Below, one piece after another: positions 25,201 to 36,700 of a stretch of 64,000 bases of DNA. Both the position numbers and the translations under genes were made by a program. Under the pieces are notes generated by a model. That model searched no databases. It was not told where the DNA came from and was given only the letters and a program-made list of their open reading frames with translations. The DNA is from Amoebophrya sp. A120 (taxonomy: Eukaryota; Protista; Dinoflagellata), in the NCBI GenBank assembly GCA_905178155.1, contig CAJINV010000006.1, positions 564,398 to 628,397 on the forward strand. Reading direction: 5' to 3'. How positions within the stretch are numbered: the stretch's first letter is position 1; every line of letters begins with the position of its first letter.

Positions 25201-26191
25201 TATCAGATACTTTCGCAATTCATAGTTGTTTCGCTTCTGCGCCAAAATAGCTTGTTTCTCCGCTTTTCGGATCTGTATCAAAAGGAAAATTTCCCCTCCC
25301 CATATCAAAACGAAATTTCTGATTTTGGATGGCTAAGGGCTGGGTGTCCCTGTTTAGACTATACCTAAAAAACTTAAACCACATACCCGGTAAACTCTAG
25401 TAGGATTATTTGGACGATGTGATTTCTACCGAAAGACAGCAACAACAGCTCCTGGGAAGGCGGCGTAGTGAGCTGTGTTGTTATCTGAGTAGAAATAACT
25501 TCGTACAAATGTGCCCACTAGCACCGAGGCCCAAAACGAAATTTCTGATGCTGGATTTGGGCACACAAATCAGCTTTGTACTGCAGGAAAGCATTGCGGT
25601 CAGGTCCCCAAGCTAGGGAGGGGCGCATGCGTCTAGTTGTTCAGCATGGCAAGCGGCTCCCCTTTAGGCCCAACAGCATGCCAAATCGCTTCCATAATGA
25701 GGGGGAAGCTTCTGCCCTTGTCTTCTTGCAAAACAAATGTGATTTGTGACCTCAAATCAGCAACACAAATTTTCGGCAACATGTCTTTTCAATATGGGGA
25801 GGGGAGATTTTTCCTCTCAATAATCTGCACCTCGTCTTCCTCGCGTTTCCGTCGCACGTCATCCGGGTCCGCGGTGGCCTTGTACTGGTTTTTATCAAAT
25901 GCAAATATGTCGGGATCTGGAAGAACGCAACTTGTGATGCCGCATTTCGATTCCAAAAAAAACTGTATTGCATGGGCAGCAGAGAGAGTGTAATTTTTGC
26001 TACGCGGTAAGTAGTAGGGGCATTTGTCATGCAGAATAGGCTTCAGAAAGCCCTGAGAAAAAAATCTGTGATGCTAGAGCATGCATCACAGATCGATCAG
26101 CACTCATGCAAAATGTGCATGACAAACCTTGTTCCAGACCCAGACATATTTGCAATCGATATTTCTTTCGGTCCTTGCCGAACTCCGACAT
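19225..26191 (-). CDS. Importin alpha (karyopherin alpha) with extended C-terminus; 11 introners plus GT-AG introns
   Basis: IBB domain VRRKREEDEVQIRKAEKQAILAQKR; ARM motifs VRKLLSKEEAPPIEEVV, ETAWAVTNIASGDS, EQAVWGLGNIAGD. Confidence 0.9.
19505..19760. mobile_element. Introner family A
   Basis: A-type TIRs; flanks gcggt/gcggt. Confidence 0.9.
20169..20395. mobile_element. Introner family G
   Basis: G-type TIRs; flanks attct/atttt. Confidence 0.85.
20694..21022. mobile_element. Introner family B
   Basis: B-type TIRs; flanks ctcgg/ctcgg. Confidence 0.9.
21528..21789. mobile_element. Introner family A
   Basis: A-type TIRs; flanks agcaa/agcaa. Confidence 0.9.
21927..22190. mobile_element. 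Introner family A
   Basis: A-type TIRs; flanks tcaaa/tcaac. Confidence 0.85.
22897..23182. mobile_element. Introner family C
   Basis: C-type TIRs; flanks aagcg/aagcc. Confidence 0.85.
23390..23524 (-). other. GT-AG intron derived from a family E introner
   Basis: TTAG|GTAC...TCAG|GT; interior is the E core in inverted orientation relative to 5776-5925. Confidence 0.7.
23570..23823. mobile_element. Introner family A
   Basis: A-type TIRs; flanks cgctt/cgctt; closely similar to 1091-1342. Confidence 0.9.
24766..25027. mobile_element. Introner family A
   Basis: A-type TIRs; flanks gccag/gccag. Confidence 0.9.
25077..25224. mobile_element. Introner family E
   Basis: E-type TIRs; flanks tttgt/gttgt. 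Confidence 0.85.
25276..25822. mobile_element. Introner family B with ~225-bp internal insertion
   Basis: B-type TIRs; flanks atctg/atctg. Confidence 0.85.
25893..26161. mobile_element. Introner family A
   Basis: A-type TIRs; diverged flanks gtttt/tttct. Confidence 0.85.
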
Positions 26192-27777
26192 GGTGGGCTG
26201 TTGGGTGGTCGTTGTAAAATGCCAAGACAGATGAGATGAAGCAAAGCAATTACTGTCGCCGAGTTGTACAAGCACAACTCGTCACAAGAACGTGGTGCAG
26301 ACTACGGCCTCTCGTCCGGTCTCCCCTTCGGCCCATGCACTCCTGACAACTATCTTCCCCTGCTAGTGCTGATGTTCAACCGGTCATCTATCTGCGGTCT
26401 AGTACAACTACAACTCAAGACCCGTTATCAAATTTTTACCACGCTTCTATGTCTAATTCAGAATTCAGAATGGTACTTGCTAAAAGGGGAAAAAGTTGTA
26501 GAACGGAAAATAAATTCCGGGGGATCTTCGCTGTGTCGTGTGGAACAAATCGGAAAATAAATGCTGGTGTACAACGGAAGTAGATGAAAGTCGATCAAAC
26601 TTTATTTTAGCAAGAAGAACTTAAGCATGTTTAATACTACAATGCCTTGTACAACAACAATATCTACGTAGTAGTGCCCGAATAAACCACTTTACAAACT
26701 TCTTTTTAGAGGTCCTGGAAATCATGTTCAAAAAAATTTGGCGGTAGTTTTTGATTCAATTTGGCGACGAAAATTTGGAACTGCGCCGCTGAGAGATGAT
26801 GACTTCTGTGCACAGTACTAGTTTCTGATCTTTTACAGTCGTATTCGTATAGGTATTTTCTCTTCCAAAGACATTTTTCGATTTCGAAAGAGGAAGCAAT
26901 TTCATCCCGCAAAATGCTGGATGTAGAATTTGGGGACAAGAACCATATTGCATTTTGTGACCACTACTTCGTCTGCTTCGAAGCTATAATTTTCAACGAA
27001 AGCAAAAATCCTTGTAAGCACGTTGAGTGCTTTTTACACTTGCACTTCTGATCGCTGTCATTTTTGGTCCCAGAAATGGTGACCAAGTTGCTCAAGGAAT
27101 AAAGCTGGATCCTTTCAGGACGAGACCTGTTCCTGACTTGAAGTAGTAGTATTTCAGAAACTGACAAGGAACAACACCTGGACCTGCTGCTGTGCGGTTT
27201 TCAAAATAGAAGGGTCGCCGCTTTGTTTTGCAACTACAATAAATGCTCTTCGCTACTAGTGCATTGTGTTTCATCTCACAAGAAAGGTACGAAGTTCTGA
27301 TCATTTGTTTTTGTACTGTCATCCTTTTCAAAAAGCATCAACCGGATAATTCCACCTGCATGTTGAGCCTCCTTCGTATTCGTTGTCGACTTCTACAGGA
27401 ATATATTTCGCCTACTTAAGCTGACCGAGTAGGAAAATTCACACGACGCTGTTTGCCGAGCCACAGTTGAGACGTTTATCGATACTGCAGCGCTACTGGA
27501 GGAAATCCTTTGGTTGCTTGTTCGTTGTATGAAAAAAAACTTTTCAGCGATCATGAAATCTGATACATAGAATGTTGTAGGTCAAAAAGAAAAGCGCTTA
27601 AAAGGTTTTAGGATTTTTGCAACAGGGGCAAAAATCGATCGTACTGTCACATTACTTAATTTGTGTGCGTATTTATGAAATTTTAACAACTTTGAGAAGG
27701 CTTAGCTTGCGATAAAACAAATCTCTGATACATATCCCAGCCTCCGGCCCGCTCGCATGGCCTACTGCACAACATCA

Positions 27778-30700
27778 TCATTCATCATCATCGTCACCAA
27801 ACGGAGAAAAGGATTTTGATTGCTCCTCGTCTGCCACGTTCTGGCAAAAGTGGTCGACCACCGGAGCCTATCAAATGTAAAAGTGTCTGGGTCTGGAAGA
27901 ATCCGAAACTTGTTATGCTGTTTTTGCATGACACAGAATGTCTGTCATGGAAGCCCTAGCATCACAGATCTTTCGAGGCCTTCCTGGTACCTATTCCGTG
28001 TGACAAATGCCCAACACGCGTAGCACAAACCGGACTCCTTTTGCTGGTCATGCAATACAGAATTTTTTAGCGTCCAAAGTTAGCATCACAAGTTCCAACC
28101 TTCCAGACCCAGACACTTTTGCAATCCATAGAGCCTCCTTCGCATCCGAATACACATCCGGATCTTCCATGCAGTTTACGAGCCGAAGGTGTTCGACGGA
28201 TATGAAATGTAAAAATGTCTGGGTCTGGAAGATTGCAACTTGTGATGCTAACTTTGGAATCTAAAAAAATCTGTATTGCATGACCAGCAAGAGGAGCCAC
28301 ATTTGTGCTACGCGAGGAGGGCATTTGTCATGCGGAAATGGCATCAGTAAGCTTTCCAAAAATCTGTGATGCTGGGTCATGCATTACAAGCATCACGGGT
28401 CATGCCAGACAAGCATGACAAGCCTTCCATTCTTCCAGACCCAGACATTTTTACATTTGATAACAGATTTCGAGTCACCAATCGCGTTGTCAAACTTGTA
28501 CTTCTCCTGCATCTGGGTGAATGGCTGCGACGTTTTTTTCGCCAGATCGCACCACTGCCATTCCGCGTCCTTTGCCGTTTCGTTGACGAGGTGGTACTTG
28601 GTCGCCCAACCAGCAAAGCGCTCCTGCTCCGCGTATCAAAGTGAAAAATCCCCCCACCTCCCCATATCCAAACGGGATACTAAATTTGTGATGCTGATTT
28701 CTGACCACAAATCATGTTCTCATGCTAGAGAGCAAAGGATGCGGACTGTAGTGCTCCTGGCTGGCGTGGGAGAGCCTGGCATCTTCAGCATGACAGGAGG
28801 CAACTGGAAGAGGGAAACAGCATGACAAAAAAATGCCTACAATTCAGGCCACAACTGCGTCGCTTGGCCTTCTAGCAATACGATTTGTGTACGCAAATCC
28901 AGCATCACAAATGTCCTCTTTGATATGGGGAGGGGGGATTTTTCCTCACAATACCGCTGTGCAGTTGTTCGCCAGGCGTTCCAGGTTTTCGTCGGAAATC
29001 TCTTGCTTATACCTTGCAAATATGTCTGGATTTGTGATGCGAGATTTGAAGCACAGCAAGATCTGTGATGCATCGATAGGAGGGGTAAGCAAAGTTTTCT
29101 TGTCGTGTTGGGAAACTAAGGGCTGAAAGTAGCCAGTCTGTGATGCTAAACGCACTAGAATAATATATTATTCGCGAGAAGCCGAGATGAAGCGCCACTT
29201 GTCATGCTGTTTCTAGGCCGCACTAGGGAAATAGCCCCTGCTGGCAACATGTACTTAAGGACCACGATGACAAATTGTCTGAAAAATCCTTGTTCCAGAC
29301 CCAGACGTATGTATTTCAGTTGATATTCCTTCGCTTTCTTCCACCACTGGCGAAACTGTCGCCAATAGTCCAGAGGCTTGATGCTGTTTTTCTCTTTCAA
29401 CGCCTTCTTGACCAGCTTCTCCTCCTGCCGCTTTCGCCGTGCCTCCCGCAGTCTTTTCTGCCGCTCTCGGTTATCCAAGAAAAAAACTGTGTGAGTGTAA
29501 CTTTGTACTAGGGACGAGAGCAGCATCACAAATTCGTTTTGCATTACAGGAAAAACAAGAACCTGTCATGCGCGGCTAGTATCTTCACTGGAAGAACGTG
29601 TGAGAGTAGCCTATGACCACGCAGATCCAGCATGACAAGTGATAGCTGTTTTTCATAATTCTGCATCACAGACTTACACGACTCACACAGTTTTTATTCT
29701 CTTCCATACCGGTACCAAACGCGGACCCGCGCGAGGAGGTTTTGGTGCTTGATGTATGCATTGCAAATATGTCTCGGTCTGAATTTGTCATGCGACTTTG
29801 GAAAGGCAGAGAGATCTGTAATGCATGAATCCGACGGGCCAGTTTTTTTCTCGTGCTGGAGGCCACTTCTTTTTGATGCGTTTTTACGAAAGATCATAAT
29901 CTGCAATGAGCCTCGCAAAGTGTCTGATGCTGGTATTTTGCCGTACCCGTACATACTGGGCTACTCTGCAAAAATGCAAGCTTGTTCAGCAACACAAGTT
30001 TATATATTCCAGACCCAGTCCAAAGATTTTACTAAGGGAGTAGAAGCATCACAAGTTGCATCCTTTCAGACCCAGAAGACATACTTATTTGCAGTTGATA
30101 CAGGAGGGTCAGCAGGAGCAACGGGTTATCAAATGTAAAAGTGTCTGGGTCTGGAAGAATGCAACTTGTCAGGCTAAATCTGAAGCATGCAAAAATCTGT
30201 GTTGCATGATTACCAAAAGTCGTCCAGTTTTGACCAAGTCGGGAGGGAGTTTCTCACGCAGAATAGGCATGAGAGAGATCGCACAGAATCTGTCATGCTA
30301 GGTCCTGCATTCCAGGCTTCATGGGTCATGGTATAAAAGCTGCATGACAAATCGCGCATTTTTCCAGACCCAGACATTTTTACATTTGATACAGGTGGCT
30401 CAGGAAGAGCAACAGGGGCGACGCCGCCAGTTTGGGTTATGGGAGTGTCAGGATTGAAATCGTCAAAGTTGAAATAGTTTGTCATGCATAAAATGGATGA
30501 AATTTGTAACCCAGTTTCCAAGTGGCGCATGACAAATTTTAGCGGCGCCTGAACCGAGTTTGTAATGCTGTTTGGGTAAGGAAGACGCCTTTCGTCATGC
30601 TACTTTAGCAGCTCTATTTCTACCCCTCAACAGGCTCACAATCTGCCTCCCTTGCCTACTCTGCAAGACAAGCACTTTGTGGGTTGCATTTTATGCATCA

Positions 30701-31341
30701 CAAACTATTTCAACTTTGACGATTTCAATCCTGACGCTTCCATATGGGTCACCGTTGAAGTAGTTGGGGCTTGTTCAACACTTTGGTCAAAAACTGCAGT
30801 AGTTTCATGCGGCTCAGGCTTGGCGGAAGCAGGTGCTTCACCCGCTGCCGCATCTTCGGTTTCGGTGGTACTGGGATTAGGGGCCGTTGCTGCTTCCTGG
30901 TCGGCAGTGGTTGCAGCTGCACCGCGTTTTTTGTAGTTCTCCTTCTTGGTATTCCGTCCCACGAAGAGACCCGCAACGCGGAAAATGACGACGCCCGGAT
31001 GAAGTGATAAACTTGCTGTCCCTTATCAAATGCAAATATCCCTGGATGTCTGGAAACTTGTGATGCTGGGTGGCGTATCATGAGGAGGCCACAAGTGCTG
31101 GCTCAGCATGACAACTTTCTGAGCTTCTTGGTGTTGCCTATTCTGCATGACAAACTGCGTTTCTGCATGACAGAAAAAAGGGGGTCTTGGGTAATGTGCG
31201 TGACAAATTTAAGAGTCATGTGAGACAAGCATGACAAACTTGCATTCTTCCAGACCCAGACATTTTTGCACTTGATATCCCACAGTACAGGGGGACGACG
31301 GCCGCCGCGCCTAAAATGCCCTTCAAGGGTTTCACTTTCAT
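27778..31341 (-). CDS. Hypothetical protein with hydrophobic N-terminus, Ala/Thr/Pro linker and charged helical region; 10 exons
   Basis: Removing 9 elements (+5 nt each) gives a continuous frame from MKVKPLKGILGAAAVVPLYCG to ...SPFGDDDE*; no family recognised. Confidence 0.65.
27869..28130. mobile_element. Introner family A
   Basis: A-type TIRs; flanks gagcc/gagcc. Confidence 0.9.
28201..28462. mobile_element. Introner family A
   Basis: A-type TIRs; flanks acgga/acaga. Confidence 0.9.
28634..28953. mobile_element. Introner family B
   Basis: B-type TIRs; flanks ccgcg/ccgct. Confidence 0.9.
29008..29325. mobile_element. Introner family A, degenerate
   Basis: Eroded A-type TIRs; flanks ttgct/ttcct. 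Confidence 0.7.
29472..29708. mobile_element. Introner family H
   Basis: TATCCAAGAAAAAAACTGTGTGAGT...ACTCACACAGTTTTTATTCTCTTCCATA; flanks tcggt/ccggt. Confidence 0.75.
29755..30100. mobile_element. Introner family A, degenerate or chimeric
   Basis: A-type ends with a doubled right-end motif; flanks do not match (tgatg/cagga). Confidence 0.7.
30127..30391. mobile_element. Introner family A
   Basis: A-type TIRs; flanks cgggt/caggt. Confidence 0.9.
30438..30744. mobile_element. Introner family D
   Basis: D-type TIRs; flanks tgggt/tgggt. Confidence 0.9.
31024..31277. mobile_element. Introner family A
   Basis: A-type TIRs; flanks tccct/tccca; interior inverted relative to 1091-1342. Confidence 0.9.
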
Positions 31342-33736
31342 GTTCCTTCTGAGAAAGAAAAACAAATCGAAACCAGAAAAAAGTTCAGCAAAGTTATTTT
31401 ACACGGCTTTCAGAGAATAAATACTCATGTTGACGGGTCGCAACTGGCAGGGATCTGAAAGTTCGTTGTAGTGGTTCTGGTTATTTTTTCTGCAGGTTAA
31501 TCATAGATAGTACAAGTAGTTGTAGCAGCCCGCTTTAAGAAATAAAACAGCTTGCAAGCATGAACTATTGGAACTAGCGGAAGAAGATTGCAGCATAGAA
31601 GCCTTGTTCTGACACTTTTCCTGCACAATCTGCATGTAGGTATTGACTACTTACACCGATGGCTGCTGCATTCACAGACGTCACACCGAAACCACCGACG
31701 AGCCGGAAGCGGCTACGGTGGGCCATATTGACTGCTGCATGAAAATACAACAACGACCGACAGGTGTGCGGAGAAGGAACAAAGGGACCACCGACTTTGC
31801 GCAGAAGGTGGTCGTGGAACTACCGACAATACATACTGAGAAGAGCACCACACCAAACCGATCATTGGATTACACAGTGGCAGGGCAGCTGGAGCTGCCA
31901 AATGCAAATATTAAAAAACCGAGCAAAAATAATAGTTGTAAACAAGTTCTTAAACTCACCGAGCCAGCTGCCAACGGCAGAACTTTCACAACGCTGAACA
32001 ACTTTTGTACTACAGGCCTGGTGTTCATCTTCTCACGGCCTAAGGGCGACCGACGCGGTTAGCTGCTCGCGTCAGCTCCTTCCGCTGGTTCGTGGTTCCA
32101 ATACGTTCTGGGGGAGAAATAGAAAATGAAAATGATATACCGGAAAGAGCATCAGATCGACTGAAAACAACACAGGCCGCAATAGTTTTTCCGATAGGTT
32201 TATTATTTGTAAGCTCTGCAAGAAACTAGTGGGGGCCTCTATTTTCTTTCCGAAACTACTGCGCGTTGTTGAAATCAATCGAGCTGTGTTGAACTAAGTA
32301 AAAAAATGACAGTGTGGGGATACTAGTCAAGACTTTTGACGGTCTACTGACTGAAATGGGGGGAGTGCTACTTGAAAATTAAATCCGACACCACCCTCTC
32401 GCGCGTTCCCTTGCAGCTCCTGTTTTTGTACTACGGAATAAACATTGTCCTAAAGATAATTTTCCTTCAGAAACTGTGGTGCATCGCCTAGACATAGTAC
32501 GACTTAGCGCGGTTCTAGTAAGGAAACTAGCGCGGTTCCAGTTCATCCTCGTGCGTGGTGTACTATTGGAAATAATTTTGATTTGAAATAACAAATCTTC
32601 CGTATACGTATTCGAATGGGATACCTTCGATAAGCTTTTATTTTCGGGATGTGCTAGAAACAAATATGGAAACCGAAACATCTTGAAAACGACCTGTGCG
32701 AGAATACTTGTAAGAGTGCCTAGTACTTGGGGACGACTACTTGTTGTTCAATGGGAATGAAATTACTTATAGAAATTTAGGGTTACTTGGTGATAGCCTA
32801 TGCTGTATCGTTGACAATGCGGTGAAAACGATGCTTTACTTCTTCGGGGAGAGCTGAAAAGATGACGTGGTGAAAAAAGATGACTCGGGGAAAGACTAAA
32901 ATTACGAGCGGTGAACATGCAAAAATGTTTTATTGGGTACTACTCGGAGGTTGAAAAATGAATGCTGTGCAGTTCTACTTTTGCGCCAAATTGATGGAGC
33001 AAAATTCTGGGGAGGTAAAATGCTAGTACTGCGGAATAGAAAGCAAGATTGGGCTTTTTACATAGGCAATATAGAATTTTTCTAGTTCCTGGGAAGTGCT
33101 GGTCTACTTTGTGCTGTAGGGTTAACTACTAGAAAAGGGTACAGCTACCTTTATTTTGCGATACAAAACTGAGTTTAGGGCGGGATACGTACTATGTGAG
33201 CAGTCAGGAAACAAAAAGTAAAAAGCGAACAAAAACCACGGTAGAAAAAGAACTGGGAAATAAAATGTAGGAAAAATAGTTCGCTCCTCAGATGAAAAAA
33301 TAACCGCCTTGGCTTCGTACCTATGCTACACTTCTCCTAGCATGTAGCCTTGTTTGTTTCCGTGCTGCTACAGCCCGTAACAACACCTCCTTAACACTCT
33401 CCTTTGTTGGAACGAATCCTGATAGATGGTTCTTGCAAAAAATGTAACAGTAAAACCGAAAAATGTAGATGTGAATCGAAAGATGCAAATAGGAAATGTC
33501 AAATGTGAAAAAGCAAAATGAAAAAAATTGAGTGAAGCTGTAAACTGGTGAAAATAAAGTGATAGATGTACTTTTAAACAAGAAATCTTCGTGTGATGAT
33601 GAAATGATGAAAATGAAAATCGAAAAATTGAAAAAAAAGTTCGTACGAAAGATGCCCGATGCACTATCTTACACAAGAACCAGACAAGGAAGAAATTTGT
33701 CTCTGTCAAAACGCCGTGTGTAGTGTCTCCTTCACC

Positions 33737-36700
33737 TCACCACGGGCACTATCATATGTAAAAACGTCCCCACCCCATAGTCGTCAAGTTGGGAACCTAG
33801 CAAGACAAATCCAGATCCACAAGTTTTGGGAGCCACGCATGAGAAGTTGCAGTTCGTAGTACGGTGCACGTTAGCAAGGACAATCGCATCACAAATCCAT
33901 CTGCTTATCGTGTTGATAGCATCACAAATTCCAAAACACGATTGGTAACGCCTGGCATGGACATGCACATTACAAATCTTCCTGTCGTCGCAAATCTGCA
34001 TGACAACTCTGGGGTGGGGACGTTTTTACTCAGGATAGGCACGCGCTCCGGTTCAGGCCTGGTGGCATCCCGTACATTCCCGACGACGATCCCCGGTTGT
34101 ATATCCTGAGCAAAAACATCCCCACCCCAAAGTTGTCATGCAGGTTCGCTGCAATAGGAATAGCAGGAGCATTTGTAATGCGCATCCACATGAGAGGCAT
34201 TTTCAATCCTGCAGTTTCGGAACTTGTAATGCTGAAAACAGGATAAGGAGATGAATTTGCCATGCGACTCTCCTTGCTAGTAGACCGCTACACTACACTA
34301 CAGCCTGCAAGAACTTGTCATGCGTGACTCCCAAAACTTTCAAGTTTGTGTTGCAAAATCCCCTCCTTGACTCTGGGGTGGGGACGTTTTTGCTCAGGAT
34401 ACGCGGACCCGCATGCCCTCGCACGTTCATCATGTGCTGGCGGCGCGCCGGCGGCGACTGCGAACCCGCCATCGAGTCAGACGGGGAGGCGCACGAGGTT
34501 GCGACGCCGGACGCGGTAGACCGGGCAGTCGGGGAACTGCATATCCAAGAAAAAAACGTTGTAAATTTGTGATGCGCAACACGCAAGATGATTGCGTCTG
34601 TCATGCTTGGCATGCATCATAGGGTCCATTAAAAAGCGTTTTCCCGTACTATCTGCGCATGACAGGTTTTGGCTGTAATGCCAGACAAATTTGTGATGCT
34701 GTTCCTCCAAAAAAATTACACCTACAATGTTTTTTTCTGTGGGATACTGCAGGTACTGAGCGCACTGAACCGATTGTTTCCTTGCGCACCCAGACCGTGC
34801 CCGATCGGGAGGTGTTGACCACCGCGAGACGAGTTGCTATTCGAATTGCTGTACCGAATCGGAACCCCATTCGCGTTCCGCTGCACCACCACATTCTTGG
34901 TCGGCCCCATCATGCTCCCAGAGCTTGAGCTGCTGTTCCCCATGCCAATCCGATTTTGGTAGGTGTAGACCTTCCACGCCTGAATGACACTCATCATCCA
35001 CTGGCCCACCGTCAGATGCGAACCCAAAATCTGCCGCAACTCATTGGTCCGCAACCCAAACCGTTGGTAGACCAGGTCTTGCAGCTTCTTCGAGGTGAGT
35101 TTCTGGCTGTTGTTGCCAGGACCAGAGTGGGATTTGCACTGGATGTAGTTCTCCAAAATCTCCTTTTTCATGAAGTAAACCACCTCTTCCGGCGTGGCTT
35201 TCTGCTCCAGAGTCAGCTGCGCTGGAACGGCGCCAACTTGTTGCAGTGGCTGAGCAGTCGTTCCGTCACCGTCTGTCGGACTGGTGGCGCCGATCGTTTG
35301 CTGGGTAACAGTGCTCAAGGAAGCAGGGGCGTTCCAGTAGGTCTTCAGAACGGGAGCTATCATTTGTAAAAACGTCCCCACCCCCGAGTTGTCATGCAGA
35401 TTTGCAATGACAGGAACAGTTGTAATGGGCATCTCCATGAGAGGAATTTCTAGTCGTGTTTTGGCATTTGTAATGCTGCAACCAGGATAATGAGATGGAT
35501 TTCTGATGCGTTTGCCCTTGCTAACCTGCACTACACTACGGACTGCAACTTGTGATGCATGAGTCCCAAAACTTCCAGGTTTGTGTTGCAAAATCCCCAT
35601 CTTGACTATGGGGTGGGGACGTTTCTACTCAGGATAGGAGCTGTCTCCTCTTCTTGGGCGGGCCCCAGATGAACTACATCAAGTTCATCTTGAGCAGCAT
35701 TCATCTGTTCCTCCGCTTGTTCGTCCGCTTGCAGCTCCGGAGGCGGTGGCGGGGGGATTTCCGAATCCGAATCCGAGTCCAAGTCCTCGACGTTGTTTTC
35801 GTCGTCGTCTTCACTCTCGATAGTGTCAACCTGCTCCTCCTTGTGATTCGCAAAAATCGCGTCCAGATCAAGCGTCAAGCCCGGCGCACCGCCAGGAACA
35901 ACAACCGGGCGACTCGCCATGGTTCCCGTTTGCTGTTGTGCCGTGGCAGAACAAAGAGAAAGGTACTCATCATGTTGCTGACCGTTGTTGTTCACACTGA
36001 TGTCCTCATCCATCGTCGACACCACCTGCAGCTGCACCTGCACGTCGATCGACGTAGTGGTTTGCTGCTCCAAAATCGACGATCCCGTCGCGGTAGAACT
36101 TTCGATTGCAATGTTGTTTAATATTTCGGGCTGCGGGGGTTGCTGGTGCTCTCCTACTTCTTGTGGGCTGCGGACATTTATTTTGGGACTCATGTCGTCC
36201 TCTGCTGGGAGATGAATTGTGGTTCCTGCACCCTCGAGAACATCGAGTTTAGCGTGCACGACACCAAACGTTGTTGTAGTAGCATCACCGGCACGACCTC
36301 CGGCCGTGTTCACACCAGGAATAGTCTCGAAGCCGTAAAAATTTTCCATGCCAAACTATCGCAAGAAAAAACGATGTTTCACTCTATACGATTTTTTTGC
36401 AAGTTTTGCATCTTTCTTCGCAGGTTTGTTCTACATGACAAAAAAAAATTTGGCATACAAGGTTCCAAAGGGAAAAGTAGACATACTAAAAAATTAACTG
36501 TCTTCGCATGTCGAGTAGCAAGACAAATCCTTCTGGGATACACTTTCTGCATTAGAAGCTATACAGTGAAACAGTTTTTGCCTGCGATACAAACATCAAA
36601 TTCTCCTCATCCTCCTCATCCTCGGGCGAAAAGTCCTCCTGCGCGGCCAGCGCCTCGTCGACGGGAGAATAAAGCTCGTCGGTCAGGTCAATGGCCTCCA

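Noticed and set aside
34990-35200. DEK-C-like helical domain (LTSKKLQDLVYQRFGL)
   Set aside because: Resemblance is too weak to call without a profile search.
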